Below the pieces are notes generated by a model. That model saw only the letters and a program-made list of their open reading frames with translations. It ran no database searches and had not been told where the DNA came from. From an uncultured Myxococcales bacterium (GTDB lineage Bacteria > Myxococcota > B64-G9): 64,000 nucleotides of DNA. The position numbers and the translations under genes were made by a program. Shown one piece after another: positions 10,610 through 18,999 of the stretch; positions within the stretch are counted from its first letter, which is position 1; the number at the start of each line of letters is the position of its first letter. The DNA is taken from the NCBI GenBank assembly GCA_964513625.1, contig CAZENH010000017.1, forward strand, positions 5,947 to 69,946, read 5' to 3'.

Positions 10610-12547
10610 CTATCGCCGTCGTCGCACCAGCGCCAGCGGCAGCAGGAACAACAATGCAGGCAGACCACTCGCGGGTTGCCCGCAACCGCAACCCCGCTCC
10701 CCGGAGACATCGGTTTCGATATAGGCCGTAGGTTGCAGGTTGACCCGCTTGGCGAAGTCCACCGCGTTCTGCTTGCCGCCCTCGACTATCCAGAAGACCC
10801 ATGAGACCGCCTCGTCCGGATCGAGTGTATCGTCGATGAAGCGCACCTTGCCGTCGCCGATCACGAAGGTGGCCGCGACGTGAACCGAACTGGTCTGTTT
10901 AACCAGCCACAGGTCCTGGCCGATGCCGACCAGCCCGTTGGCAACCGGCAGCGAGATCCGGCCCTCCTGGAAATCGAACTCGGTAAACGGCGTGTAGACC
11001 GCATCCTCCTCCACCAGGCCGGGCGTCAGGTAGAAGCCGTTGAGGTCGAGTGGGAAATCGACCTCCAGTGTGCGCTCGCCGCCCGAGGAGGCGTCGACGC
11101 TGACCTTGAGCCGGGTCAGCCCTATAGCGGCCTTCCAGTCAATCGTCTGGCTGCGCCCGGGCGAGCTGACTTCGAATCCGTCGTCGGCGCTGAAGTAGGG
11201 GTCGCTTTCGGTGAGCGTCGACGATGGATGATCGTCTAACGTGCCGACCTCGCCGGTGAGGTTGTCCACCCAGACGTACGGACCGCCGATCTTGGGGGCC
11301 ACCTCGGAGATAATAGCTTCGGCGCAGGCCTGTGCCGATGCGGCGTGATCGAGGCCGTACTGCACTTCTCTTATGAACGGGTTTATTCCGGTAGCGTCGC
11401 TGACCTGCCCCAGAAGCGCCGTACGCCAACACTCCTGCAGGGCATCGTCCATCGATCCGGATTCGATCAGCTCCTGGGCTTCGGCTCTGGCGACCAGCGT
11501 CTCGGCCGTCAGGATCCAGTGCCGGGCCCTGACGTTGCCGCTGATCACCTGGTTGTCCCGTTCGCAGGCGTAGGCCAGGTCGACCGCGCCCGAACCGCCC
11601 AGCCAGCGGCGCATCGAGTTCGTGCTGGGCGGCTGCCAGGTGCCGTCGAGCATCGGCGGCAGGGGAGGCTGCTCGATATCGTTAGCCTTGGCCCATTTTA
11701 CGTACTCGCTTATGCTGGCGATGCGGAAACCAGCGGCCTCGGCGTCTGTAAGCTCCTGCTCGTAGCTCGCAACGGCCTGCGGGTCTTTCTTGAAATTTGT
11801 TCCCATGTAAGGAGCGTTGCCGCCCGTGGCCATAAGTTCTCCGTCATCGAAGTTGTTCCACTGCACTTCGACTTCGGGAGTCGAAAAAGAGCGGGCGCCG
11901 ATGACAATGTCCAGGCCGTCGAGATCGTATAGCGCGGCTGCCGTGTCGTAATCGGCCTGATGCTGGTATTTGAAGAGGTTCTTGGGCAGTACCAGGATAT
12001 CGCGATCGTGATTCGCGGCGAAGGGGCCCATGCCCACCCCGAACTGACCCTCCTGGCAGAAAACCACTCCGGAAGGGGTCAGGCCGGCGTCTTCGAAGAC
12101 CTTGTTCATGAGCTGGTGCGAACGCTCCATGTCCAGGCGCGGGTAAGCCAGGAACAACTGGTCGGAGTAATGGAAGCTGACCAGCTCGGCCCGCCCGGCG
12201 TCCACGAGTTGCTTGAGCTTGGCAAGCACGCCGGGATGGCGCAGCTGCATCACTTCGACCATGTAGGCCTGCATCTCGAGCGTCACTTTCCAGTCCGGGT
12301 GGGCCAGGAACAAATCGAGCACCGGTTCGAAGCTCTCGCTGATGATCAGGTCCTGAACCTGGTCGTCGTCGAGGTCGAAGGTCTCGTTGCTGTCCGTGCC
12401 CGACGGGAAACCTGTAAGCCCGCCGGCCACGTACTGGACGTTGTAGTGAAACATGGACAGCGAGAATTTCTCCTGGGCCTGCGCCGGAGCGGCGGTAAGA
12501 AGCGCCGCGTACACTATCAAGATTTTCGTGCCTGCCTTCATGGCCAC
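10610..12547 (-). CDS. Secreted GH57-like glycoside hydrolase with MYXO-CTERM sorting signal
   Basis: Signal peptide; GH57-like regions FHYNVQY, FCQE (nucleophile position), FDDGE (acid/base position), GTW; C-terminal GCGC + hydrophobic stretch + RRRR. Confidence 0.7.
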   Translation of the reverse strand: MAMKAGTKILIVYAALLTAAPAQAQEKFSLSMFHYNVQYVAGGLTGFPSGTDSNETFDLDDDQVQDLIISESFEPVLDLFLAHPDWKVTLEMQAYMVEVMQLRHPGVLAKLKQLVDAGRAELVSFHYSDQLFLAYPRLDMERSHQLMNKVFEDAGLTPSGVVFCQEGQFGVGMGPFAANHDRDILVLPKNLFKYQHQADYDTAAALYDLDGLDIVIGARSFSTPEVEVQWNNFDDGELMATGGNAPYMGTNFKKDPQAVASYEQELTDAEAAGFRIASISEYVKWAKANDIEQPPLPPMLDGTWQPPSTNSMRRWLGGSGAVDLAYACERDNQVISGNVRARHWILTAETLVARAEAQELIESGSMDDALQECWRTALLGQVSDATGINPFIREVQYGLDHAASAQACAEAIISEVAPKIGGPYVWVDNLTGEVGTLDDHPSSTLTESDPYFSADDGFEVSSPGRSQTIDWKAAIGLTRLKVSVDASSGGERTLEVDFPLDLNGFYLTPGLVEEDAVYTPFTEFDFQEGRISLPVANGLVGIGQDLWLVKQTSSVHVAATFVIGDGKVRFIDDTLDPDEAVSWVFWIVEGGKQNAVDFAKRVNLQPTAYIETDVSGERGCGCGQPASGLPALLFLLPLALVRRRR

Positions 12548-12584
12548 CTCCGCTGCGGATCAGCATAACTTCAATAGCCATAGC

Positions 12585-12612
12585 TTGCAATCTCGCAAAT
12601 CGTGGCTATCAT
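12585..12612 (+). promoter_or_regulatory. Candidate sigma70 promoter of trxB
   Basis: TTGCAA-16 nt-TATCAT, overlapped by an atagcca/tggctat inverted repeat. Confidence 0.4.
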
Positions 12613-12648
12613 GTGTTCTACTCGGAAACACGCCTGGAGGATCTCGAA

Positions 12649-13605
12649 ATGACGGATATTGCGAAGATTCATGACCTGGTCGTCATCGGTGCCGGGCCGG
12701 CCGGGTTGGCCGCGGGCATTTACGCCGGGCGCGGCGGTTTGGATGTCAAGTTGCTCGACATGATGGGCGGAGGCGGACAGGTGAACGTCATCGACCGGAT
12801 CGAGAACTACCCGGGAGTGATGGGACTGGAGACCGGCATGGCGCTGGCCGAGATCATGAGCAAACAAGCGGCAAGTTTCGGGGCCGAGATATCATTCGAC
12901 GAAGTCACGGGCATCGATACCTCTGGAAAACACCTGGTCGTGAAAGGCGGCAATACCAGTTACAGCACCAGGTCGGTCCTGGTAGCCAGCGGGGCAGGGC
13001 ACCGCCTGCTCAAGGCGCCCGGCGAGGGGCGCCTTTCGGGCAGGGGAGTCAGCTATTGCGCTACCTGCGACGGGAACTTCTTCCGCGGCCAATCCGTGGC
13101 CGTGGTCGGAGGAGGCAGTTCGGCCGTCATGGAAGCGATCTACCTGACCAGGATCGTCGGTCAGGTAACCTTGATCCACAGGCGAGACAAGCTCAGGGCC
13201 GAGAAGTTCCTGCAAGATCGCTTGTTCGCCGCCGAGAACAGCGAGGTAATCTGGGATTCGGTGGTAGAGGAGATTGTCGGCGATAAAGAGGTGACAGGCG
13301 TCAGGATCAAGAACGTCAAGTCCGGCGAGTCGCGCCTGCTGGATGTCGCCGCGGTGTTCATCTTCGTCGGGCTGACGCCCAACACCGGTTTTTTGAAGGG
13401 AGTGATCGATCTCGACCAGAATGGTTTTGTAAAGACCGACATTAACATGTGTACTTCCCACCCAGCCATATACGCCGCCGGCGACGTCAGGGCCGACTCG
13501 GCCCGGCAGATAGGAACGGCAGTCGGCGACGGCATAACGGCCGTTGTCAAGATCCACGAGAAGCTGGATACCAGCACGCCCGAGCGCCAGCACGACAAGA
13601 TCTGA
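12649..13605 (+). CDS. trxB: Thioredoxin-disulfide reductase
   Basis: GAGPAG FAD motif, CATCDG redox centre, GGGSSA NADPH motif, HRRDKLRA, AAGDV; GGAGG RBS before ATG 12649. Confidence 0.96.
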   Translation: MTDIAKIHDLVVIGAGPAGLAAGIYAGRGGLDVKLLDMMGGGGQVNVIDRIENYPGVMGLETGMALAEIMSKQAASFGAEISFDEVTGIDTSGKHLVVKGGNTSYSTRSVLVASGAGHRLLKAPGEGRLSGRGVSYCATCDGNFFRGQSVAVVGGGSSAVMEAIYLTRIVGQVTLIHRRDKLRAEKFLQDRLFAAENSEVIWDSVVEEIVGDKEVTGVRIKNVKSGESRLLDVAAVFIFVGLTPNTGFLKGVIDLDQNGFVKTDINMCTSHPAIYAAGDVRADSARQIGTAVGDGITAVVKIHEKLDTSTPERQHDKI

Positions 13606-13622
13606 GAACCCGGTTGGCTCTT

Positions 13623-13786
13623 GCCCAGATTCCCGGATAAACGGGTGATGACTTGGCCGTTGGCGACCACCCCCGTCGTGCTCGCTAAAGCTCCGCGCGC
13701 CGGGGGGCCCCCGCTCGCCACCACCGCATTTGGCTTGCAACTTCTTCCGCCAAAAGAACTGTTGTTGCTTATCCGGGAATCTGGGC
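13623..13786. mobile_element. MITE-like non-autonomous element (164 bp, 18-bp perfect TIRs, TCTT flanking direct repeats)
   Basis: GCCCAGATTCCCGGATAA at 13623-13640; its exact reverse complement at 13769-13786; TCTT at 13619-13622 and 13787-13790. Confidence 0.6.
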
Positions 13787-13824
13787 TCTTGCCAAACGGG
13801 TCTCGAATATCGCATATTTGTATT

Positions 13825-14886
13825 ATGGGCATTGGCGGCACAATCGGATGTATCCTGGTGGCGATTGCGGCAGCCGGCCCGGCTTCGAGCGTTCGTCCGC
13901 TCGAACCACGGCCGGGAGCCGCTTTCGGGTACGGCGAATCGCAGCCTCTGATAACCTTGCGCTGGGAAGACTCTCAGCCGTCGATGCTCTACGTCTTGCA
14001 GATTTCCAGGAAATCGCGCGAGGGGAACGTGGTGGCCACCTACGAGATCCACGGCCGGAAAAGCTTCGCTTTCAAGCCCGATGCCTGCGGCAGATACAGC
14101 TGGTGGGTGACCGGCCTGGGCACCGGCGGCAAGTCCGGACGGCCTTCGAAAATCAGGACCTTCAAGGTGTTCCTGCCCTCCCCGGTGCCGATAGCGCCAA
14201 AAGAGGGGCAAAAACTCGTCGCCGCTAAAGATCGTTCGCGGGTCGAGTTCAGCTGGAGCAAGCGGCCGGTCGCCGGTTACCGCTTCGAACTTGCCCGCGA
14301 TCGCGGCTTTCGTCACAAGGCAAAAAGCCTGATCGTGACCAGAGCATCGATTTCGACGTCTATCGCGCCCGAGGGCAAGTACTACTGGCGCGTGCGCGGC
14401 ACCAGGCCCGGCACCGCCTGGAGCCGGGTTCGAAGCTTCCGGGTAGGTTCCACAGGTTCCAAGGTCGGCGTCTCTTCCACGAACGGCGAAGTGCAAAAAC
14501 CAAAGGAAAATTCAAACACGGCCGTTGTAAAAAACGGGATTTCTAAAAAGCCCGAGCAAAGCGCGGCGGACGAATTTCCGGCCGCCCCGAAATTGCAGGC
14601 GCCCCGCGACGCGGCGCGGATCACCTCTGTCAAGCCGCGCACGATTACCTTGTTCTGGAATGAGATCGGGGGCGCAACGGCCTACGAGGTCGAGATCGCC
14701 AAAACGGCCGAGTTTTCCAAGGTCAGCAGCAGACGCAAGGTGAACTCGCCCGTGCTGGGTCTGCCGGATCCGCCCCGGGGGCGTCTTTTCTGGCGGGTCA
14801 GGGCCGTGAACGCCGCCGGCAAGAGCGGCAACTGGTCGGCGGCGCGGCAGTTTGATTACCAGGTGCAACCGCTCTGGAAGAACTGA
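13825..14886 (+). CDS. Secreted basic protein with about three fibronectin type III-like modules
   Basis: Signal-like MGIGGTIGCILVAIAAAG; three W...Y.(L/V)(Q/E)(I/L)...(Y/F)WW/WRV modules; start moved from 13621 to ATG 13825. Confidence 0.75.
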   Translation: MGIGGTIGCILVAIAAAGPASSVRPLEPRPGAAFGYGESQPLITLRWEDSQPSMLYVLQISRKSREGNVVATYEIHGRKSFAFKPDACGRYSWWVTGLGTGGKSGRPSKIRTFKVFLPSPVPIAPKEGQKLVAAKDRSRVEFSWSKRPVAGYRFELARDRGFRHKAKSLIVTRASISTSIAPEGKYYWRVRGTRPGTAWSRVRSFRVGSTGSKVGVSSTNGEVQKPKENSNTAVVKNGISKKPEQSAADEFPAAPKLQAPRDAARITSVKPRTITLFWNEIGGATAYEVEIAKTAEFSKVSSRRKVNSPVLGLPDPPRGRLFWRVRAVNAAGKSGNWSAARQFDYQVQPLWKN

Positions 14887-14982
14887 TATTTATTAGACTG
14901 AAGCCCACAGGTTACACCTGCTTCTTCCTTACTCTGAAAATAGTTCAAACCCGAAGAGAGTCGCTTTTTTCGAGTTTAGGAT

Positions 14983-14995
14983 TTTCAAGGAGTTG
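14983..14995 (+). promoter_or_regulatory. Candidate IHF binding site
   Basis: TTTCAAGGAGTTG matches WATCAANNNNTTR with one mismatch and lies just upstream of a sigma54 -24 element. Confidence 0.5.
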
Positions 14996-15009
14996 CGATA
15001 AGCGGCGAA

Positions 15010-15025
15010 TGGCACGGCGATTGCT
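15010..15025 (+). promoter_or_regulatory. Sigma54 (-24/-12) promoter
   Basis: TGGCACGGCGATTGCT matches TGGCAC-N5-TTGCW exactly and lies in an AT-rich intergenic region. Confidence 0.8.
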
Positions 15026-15036
15026 TTAGAATATGA

Positions 15037-15142
15037 AATTAAGGGATAGGGAGAGGAGGTTCGTACAAGCAGAAAGGCTTGGGTAAGCGCTTCCTGTAAT
15101 TCAGGTTCCCGGACGGTCTGACGGGCCTTCCTCCCCTTTTTT
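15037..15142 (+). ncRNA. Candidate sigma54-driven small RNA or structured leader
   Basis: Purine-rich 5' block can pair with ccttcctcccct; internal hairpins caagc/gcttg, cctg/cagg, cccg/cggg; ends in T6 at 15137-15142. Confidence 0.3.
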
Positions 15143-15192
15143 CGACTTGGGCGTGCTGCCGGTAACGGCCGGCCGCACAGGAGGAGTGCGAG

Positions 15193-15957
15193 ATGGCTTA
15201 CGATTCCCGCAGATCCCGGAAAAGATCGGTTCTGCAGGTTTCCTTTTATTACGATGGGGATTTCTACGGCACCGAGTGTTTTACGCAGCGCCGCCTGGTG
15301 ATCGGTCGCGGTCCGGACGCGGACATCAGGATCGAGTGTGATCTGATCTCACGGGTACACGCGGTGCTGAGAATCGTCGGTGAGAGCGTCATCGTCGAGG
15401 ATTTGAGCAGCCGTAACGGGATCCGCGTAAACAACCAGGCGGTCAAGAGAGCTCCATTGGGTAACTGGGATTCGCTGGCGCTGGGGGCCTACCTGTTGAA
15501 GTTCCATCTGCTGAGCTACGGAACACGCCTGCCGACGAGCCAACTCGAAGTGTTGCAACTGCCGTCCGATCCGGACTGGGAAAGCACGGACGAAGTCACC
15601 GCTCTGCCGTTGCAACTTGAAGCCGAACCGACTTTCGACATGCCGATGTCGTTGTTGCCGCCGGTTGCGCGCCTGCCCGAGCCCGAGGACCGGGTGCTAG
15701 AGGCGCCAGAGGCTTGCTGCAAACTCTTTCCTATGGCCGATATGCTCGAGCCGGATCCTTACGATACGATACCCGAGCTACCGGTAGTGCGACACGGGCA
15801 GCCGGAAAAACCAGCAGCCCGGGCCGAAATAGTGAATGTCGAGCGCTTGACCAATACGCTGATCACGAAAGTGAGCCTGGCGCCGGGCCGCAGGCTTTCG
15901 CAGGCGACCAGCCGCCCGCCAAGGAAGATCGTTCAGGTCATTGCACAAACCGGGTAG
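15193..15957 (+). CDS. FHA domain protein
   Basis: IGRGPD, ISRVHA, DLSSRNG phosphothreonine-binding motifs; low-complexity Pro/Glu C-terminal region; AGGAG RBS. Confidence 0.85.
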   Translation: MAYDSRRSRKRSVLQVSFYYDGDFYGTECFTQRRLVIGRGPDADIRIECDLISRVHAVLRIVGESVIVEDLSSRNGIRVNNQAVKRAPLGNWDSLALGAYLLKFHLLSYGTRLPTSQLEVLQLPSDPDWESTDEVTALPLQLEAEPTFDMPMSLLPPVARLPEPEDRVLEAPEACCKLFPMADMLEPDPYDTIPELPVVRHGQPEKPAARAEIVNVERLTNTLITKVSLAPGRRLSQATSRPPRKIVQVIAQTG

Positions 15958-15964
15958 TTTTTTT

Positions 15965-17089
15965 TCAGCCGACCTTCTGACCGCAATTGTCGCAGAACTT
16001 GGTGCCGGGTTTGAGTTCCTGGCCGCACTTGCTGCAATGTGCCGGAGCGGCCGCCACGGGCGCGCCGCAGTTGGGGCAGAACTTCGAGCCCGCGGAGACT
16101 TCGGCGTTGCATTTCGGGCACATGCTGGCAACGGTCATCTTGCTGCCGCAGTTCGAGCAGAACTTCGATCCCTGGGCATTGGGGGTGTTGCATTTCGGAC
16201 AGGTAATCATGGCAGCAGAGTTGGAGGCCTTGGCGCCTCCCGGCTGCATCGCCCCGGCTACCAGCCCGGGCATCATCATGCCCATGCCCAGGCCCACCCC
16301 GGCGCCCATCCCGGCCCCGGCAATGCCGCCGCCGCCCTCGGACTTGGCGGCGTCCTGTAGCGCCTGGGCCGCCTTGTACTTCATATAGTCGTCCAGGTTG
16401 CCCATGGCCGCCATGCCGGAGCGCTCGTCGATTTTCTTCTGCACTTCCTCGGGAGGGGTGATGGCGTTGATGATGAAATCCTCGAGGGCCAGACCGTACT
16501 TGGCGAAGTCGTCCTTCAGACGGGTCTTGGTTCCGGCGGCGATCTCGTCGTAGTAACGCGGCAGGTCGAAGACGCTCTTCAGGTTCTCTCCCAGAAAGTC
16601 GGTCAGCCGCCCGATCACGATGCCCTTCAGATAGTCGGTGATCTGCTCGCTGCTGTAGTACCCCTGGGTGCCCACGATCTTGTTGACGAACAGCTGTGAC
16701 TCCTCGACCTTGAAGGCCATGATGCCGAAGGCGCGCAACCTGACCAGCATCAACTCGGTGTCCCTGAAGGGAATCGGCTCGCGCGTGCCCCACTTTATAT
16801 TGGTGAACACCTTGTGATTGACGAAGACGACCTCGGCCTTGAAGGGCGTCTTGCCTCCGAACGGCAGCTTGATCAACCCTCCCAGGAGCGGCAGGTTGGC
16901 GGTCGTCAAAGTGTGGCGTCCAGGTCCAAAAGTGTCCAAAGCCTTGCCGCCCCTGAAAAACACCGCGCTCTGGCTCTCGCGCACGATGACCTGAGCGCCG
17001 AGCTTCAAATCGGCTTCCCCGCTTCTGGGAAATCTGGAGACGATCAACTCTCCACTCTCGTCCAGACTTTGCACCACCTCAATAGCCAT
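15965..17089 (-). CDS. SPFH (band 7) domain protein with triple zinc ribbon (YdjI-like)
   Basis: VRESQSAVFFRGG, KWGT..PI, RAFG SPFH motifs; Gly/Met-rich linker; six CxxC motifs at the C-terminus. Confidence 0.88.
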   Translation of the reverse strand: MAIEVVQSLDESGELIVSRFPRSGEADLKLGAQVIVRESQSAVFFRGGKALDTFGPGRHTLTTANLPLLGGLIKLPFGGKTPFKAEVVFVNHKVFTNIKWGTREPIPFRDTELMLVRLRAFGIMAFKVEESQLFVNKIVGTQGYYSSEQITDYLKGIVIGRLTDFLGENLKSVFDLPRYYDEIAAGTKTRLKDDFAKYGLALEDFIINAITPPEEVQKKIDERSGMAAMGNLDDYMKYKAAQALQDAAKSEGGGGIAGAGMGAGVGLGMGMMMPGLVAGAMQPGGAKASNSAAMITCPKCNTPNAQGSKFCSNCGSKMTVASMCPKCNAEVSAGSKFCPNCGAPVAAAPAHCSKCGQELKPGTKFCDNCGQKVG

Positions 17090-17115
17090 TGTCTCTGTCC
17101 TCCGGGAAGCAGTTT

Positions 17116-17616
17116 TTACTGGGCCGACTCGGGCTCGCCGCCGGCCGTGCGCAGGATCTGCTCGCGCTGGTTGAGTGCCTCGTCCATCTCGCGGATTTTA
17201 TGAACCAGGGCCGTAAGCGCTGCGCCAAGCTGTCCGTCATCGTCCAGCAGATCTAGCGCGGCAATGTCTCCGATAATCTGTTCGATTCCCTCAACCAGCT
17301 GGCTGTCGAAGGCATGCACCTTTTCCAGGCGTTCGATGTCGATCTTGTTCGTACCGAACCACTTGCCGCTGAATCCGTAGTTCGCATAGCGTAGCCGGTC
17401 GATCACCCGGGAAAGCGTCTGGGTCACCTTCTCGGCCGGATTCAACAGATCGAGATTTCCGCGGTTCGCTATTTCGGCCTTGGTATCGTCGTAGTGAGCG
17501 CGGGCTTGCTTGAGCTTGGCTGACAGCATTTCTCTCAGAAGCTTGTCGGTGTTACGACTGTCCTCGCGCTGGCGATAACCCTTGTAGCCCGGCAGTACTT
17601 TTTCTAAAAATCCCAT
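17116..17616 (-). CDS. Conserved-looking alpha-helical hypothetical protein
   Basis: PGYKGYRQREDSRNTDKLLR N-terminus; helical, no TM; RBS present; in operon with the SPFH gene. Confidence 0.75.
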   Translation of the reverse strand: MGFLEKVLPGYKGYRQREDSRNTDKLLREMLSAKLKQARAHYDDTKAEIANRGNLDLLNPAEKVTQTLSRVIDRLRYANYGFSGKWFGTNKIDIERLEKVHAFDSQLVEGIEQIIGDIAALDLLDDDGQLGAALTALVHKIREMDEALNQREQILRTAGGEPESAQ

Positions 17617-17631
17617 TTTCGCCTCCTGTGT

Positions 17632-17982
17632 TTACGGCGCCCGGTCAGGATGAGTTTTCTTGGCCGCGGCTCGCGATCGCATGTAGCCCACCACCACCAG
17701 AAGCGCGATCCAGATCAAGGCGAAGGGCCAGCTTTTTCCGAAGGGAGGAACGACCGCCATGTTGGCAAGTAAAATAAGCAGGAAAAAACCCATCACGGCC
17801 AATCCCAACTCGACATAGGAAGCGGCGGCCAGACACAGGCCGACGGCCATGGGCAAGACCGGCCAGCTGTCTGCGAAGCCCATCTGGCCGAAGTTATTGA
17901 TCAGAAAGACGGCCGCCACGCTTCCCAGGATGATGACCGCCGATACGACTCCGACAGGAAAATCAGATTCTTTCTTGGCCAT
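17632..17982 (-). CDS. Small multi-TM protein, LiaI/LiaF-TM-like
   Basis: Four hydrophobic helices with two WP motifs (SWPVLP, SWPFAL). Confidence 0.65.
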   Translation of the reverse strand: MAKKESDFPVGVVSAVIILGSVAAVFLINNFGQMGFADSWPVLPMAVGLCLAAASYVELGLAVMGFFLLILLANMAVVPPFGKSWPFALIWIALLVVVGYMRSRAAAKKTHPDRAP

Positions 17983-18143
17983 CTCAACCTCCCAGCAGAA
18001 TCAGACAAGATGCTTGCATGCTTGTCAAGCAGAACGGCTATGGTGCCGGGATTAACAAATCCTTGCAAAGCCACAGTGGATGCGATAATCAGAAAATTGC
18101 ACCGCTCTTGACTTTGTTCCCGCAACAAAGGGGTTTCAACCAA

Positions 18144-18983
18144 GTGGCAGGAAAGGGACAGTCATTCTGGTTCAAATTCTGGGGCACCCGGGGGTCACTT
18201 CCGGCGCCGCGTCCCACCACCAATAAATACGGGGGCAACACGCCCTGTATGGAAGTTCGCGCCGGTGGAAATATCCTGATATTCGACGCGGGTTCCGGCA
18301 TTCGCTCGCTGGGCGCGCACCTGGACAGAGAGTTTGGCGGAAAAAAGCTCAATGCCACCTTGCTTTTTTCGCATTACCACTGGGACCACATCCACGGGTT
18401 TCCATTTTTCAGCCCGGCTTTCCGCAAGGGCAGCAATTTCGTCGTCTATGGAGAACCGCGGGGTTCTCGCAACGTCAAGGACATTCTCTCCGGACAGATG
18501 GCTATGCCCTATTTCCCTGTTCCGCTCCAGGTGATGCAGGCGCGCTTCGAATTCAGGGACGTTGGGCCGCGTACGACTTTGCAGATCGGCCCGGTGAAGG
18601 TTCGCACAGAGGCGCTCAACCACCCGGGACGTTGCCTCTCGTACCGCATCGAATACCAGGGCAAGTCCATCGTCTACGCCACCGACACCGAGCATGGTTT
18701 CAAGATCGACGAACGCCTGGTGCGGCACGCCGCGGGGGCGGATGTCCTGATTTATGACGCGGCCTATACCGATGCCGAGATCCGGGGCGGCAAAAAGGGT
18801 TTTGGACATTCCAGTTGGCGAGAAGGAATCAAGGTGGCCAAGGCGGCCGGAGTGAGCAAGCTTCTGCTTTTTCACCATGAGCCGAGTCGAAATGACAAGG
18901 CCCTGGACGCAATCGAGGCGACCGCCCGACGATCATTCCGGGCCTGCTCGGCCGCCAGGGAAAACAGAAAATACAAACCCTGA
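18144..18983 (+). CDS. MBL-fold metallo-hydrolase (RNase Z / phosphodiesterase-like)
   Basis: WGTRGS, GGNTPC, DAGSG, HYHWDHIHG, HPG, TDTEH, GHS, LFHH; GTG start after AAAGGGG. Confidence 0.9.
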   Translation: MAGKGQSFWFKFWGTRGSLPAPRPTTNKYGGNTPCMEVRAGGNILIFDAGSGIRSLGAHLDREFGGKKLNATLLFSHYHWDHIHGFPFFSPAFRKGSNFVVYGEPRGSRNVKDILSGQMAMPYFPVPLQVMQARFEFRDVGPRTTLQIGPVKVRTEALNHPGRCLSYRIEYQGKSIVYATDTEHGFKIDERLVRHAAGADVLIYDAAYTDAEIRGGKKGFGHSSWREGIKVAKAAGVSKLLLFHHEPSRNDKALDAIEATARRSFRACSAARENRKYKP

Positions 18984-18999
18984 GGTTCGGTGCCAGCGA

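Noticed and set aside
13609-13800. 6S RNA assignment for the long inverted repeat
   Set aside because: Length and closing stem fit, but the interior does not form a clear rod, the usual zapA/ygfA/rny context is absent, and the TIR plus TCTT duplication is explained better by an insertion; kept only as an alternative.
12892-14496. 534-aa minus-strand ORF, and many other long antisense or alternate-frame ORFs (e.g. 6818-7888, 20065-21510, 30200-31417, 31440-33155, 34698-35984, 52221-53456)
   Set aside because: They overlap well-supported genes, have Arg/Gly/Ala-rich shadow composition and show no motifs; they are expected from stop-codon scarcity at high GC.
15033-15086. 17-codon ORF MKLRDRERRFVQAERLG after the sigma54 promoter
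   Set aside because: Its ATG lies at or before the predicted TSS, it has no RBS and there is no supporting feature.
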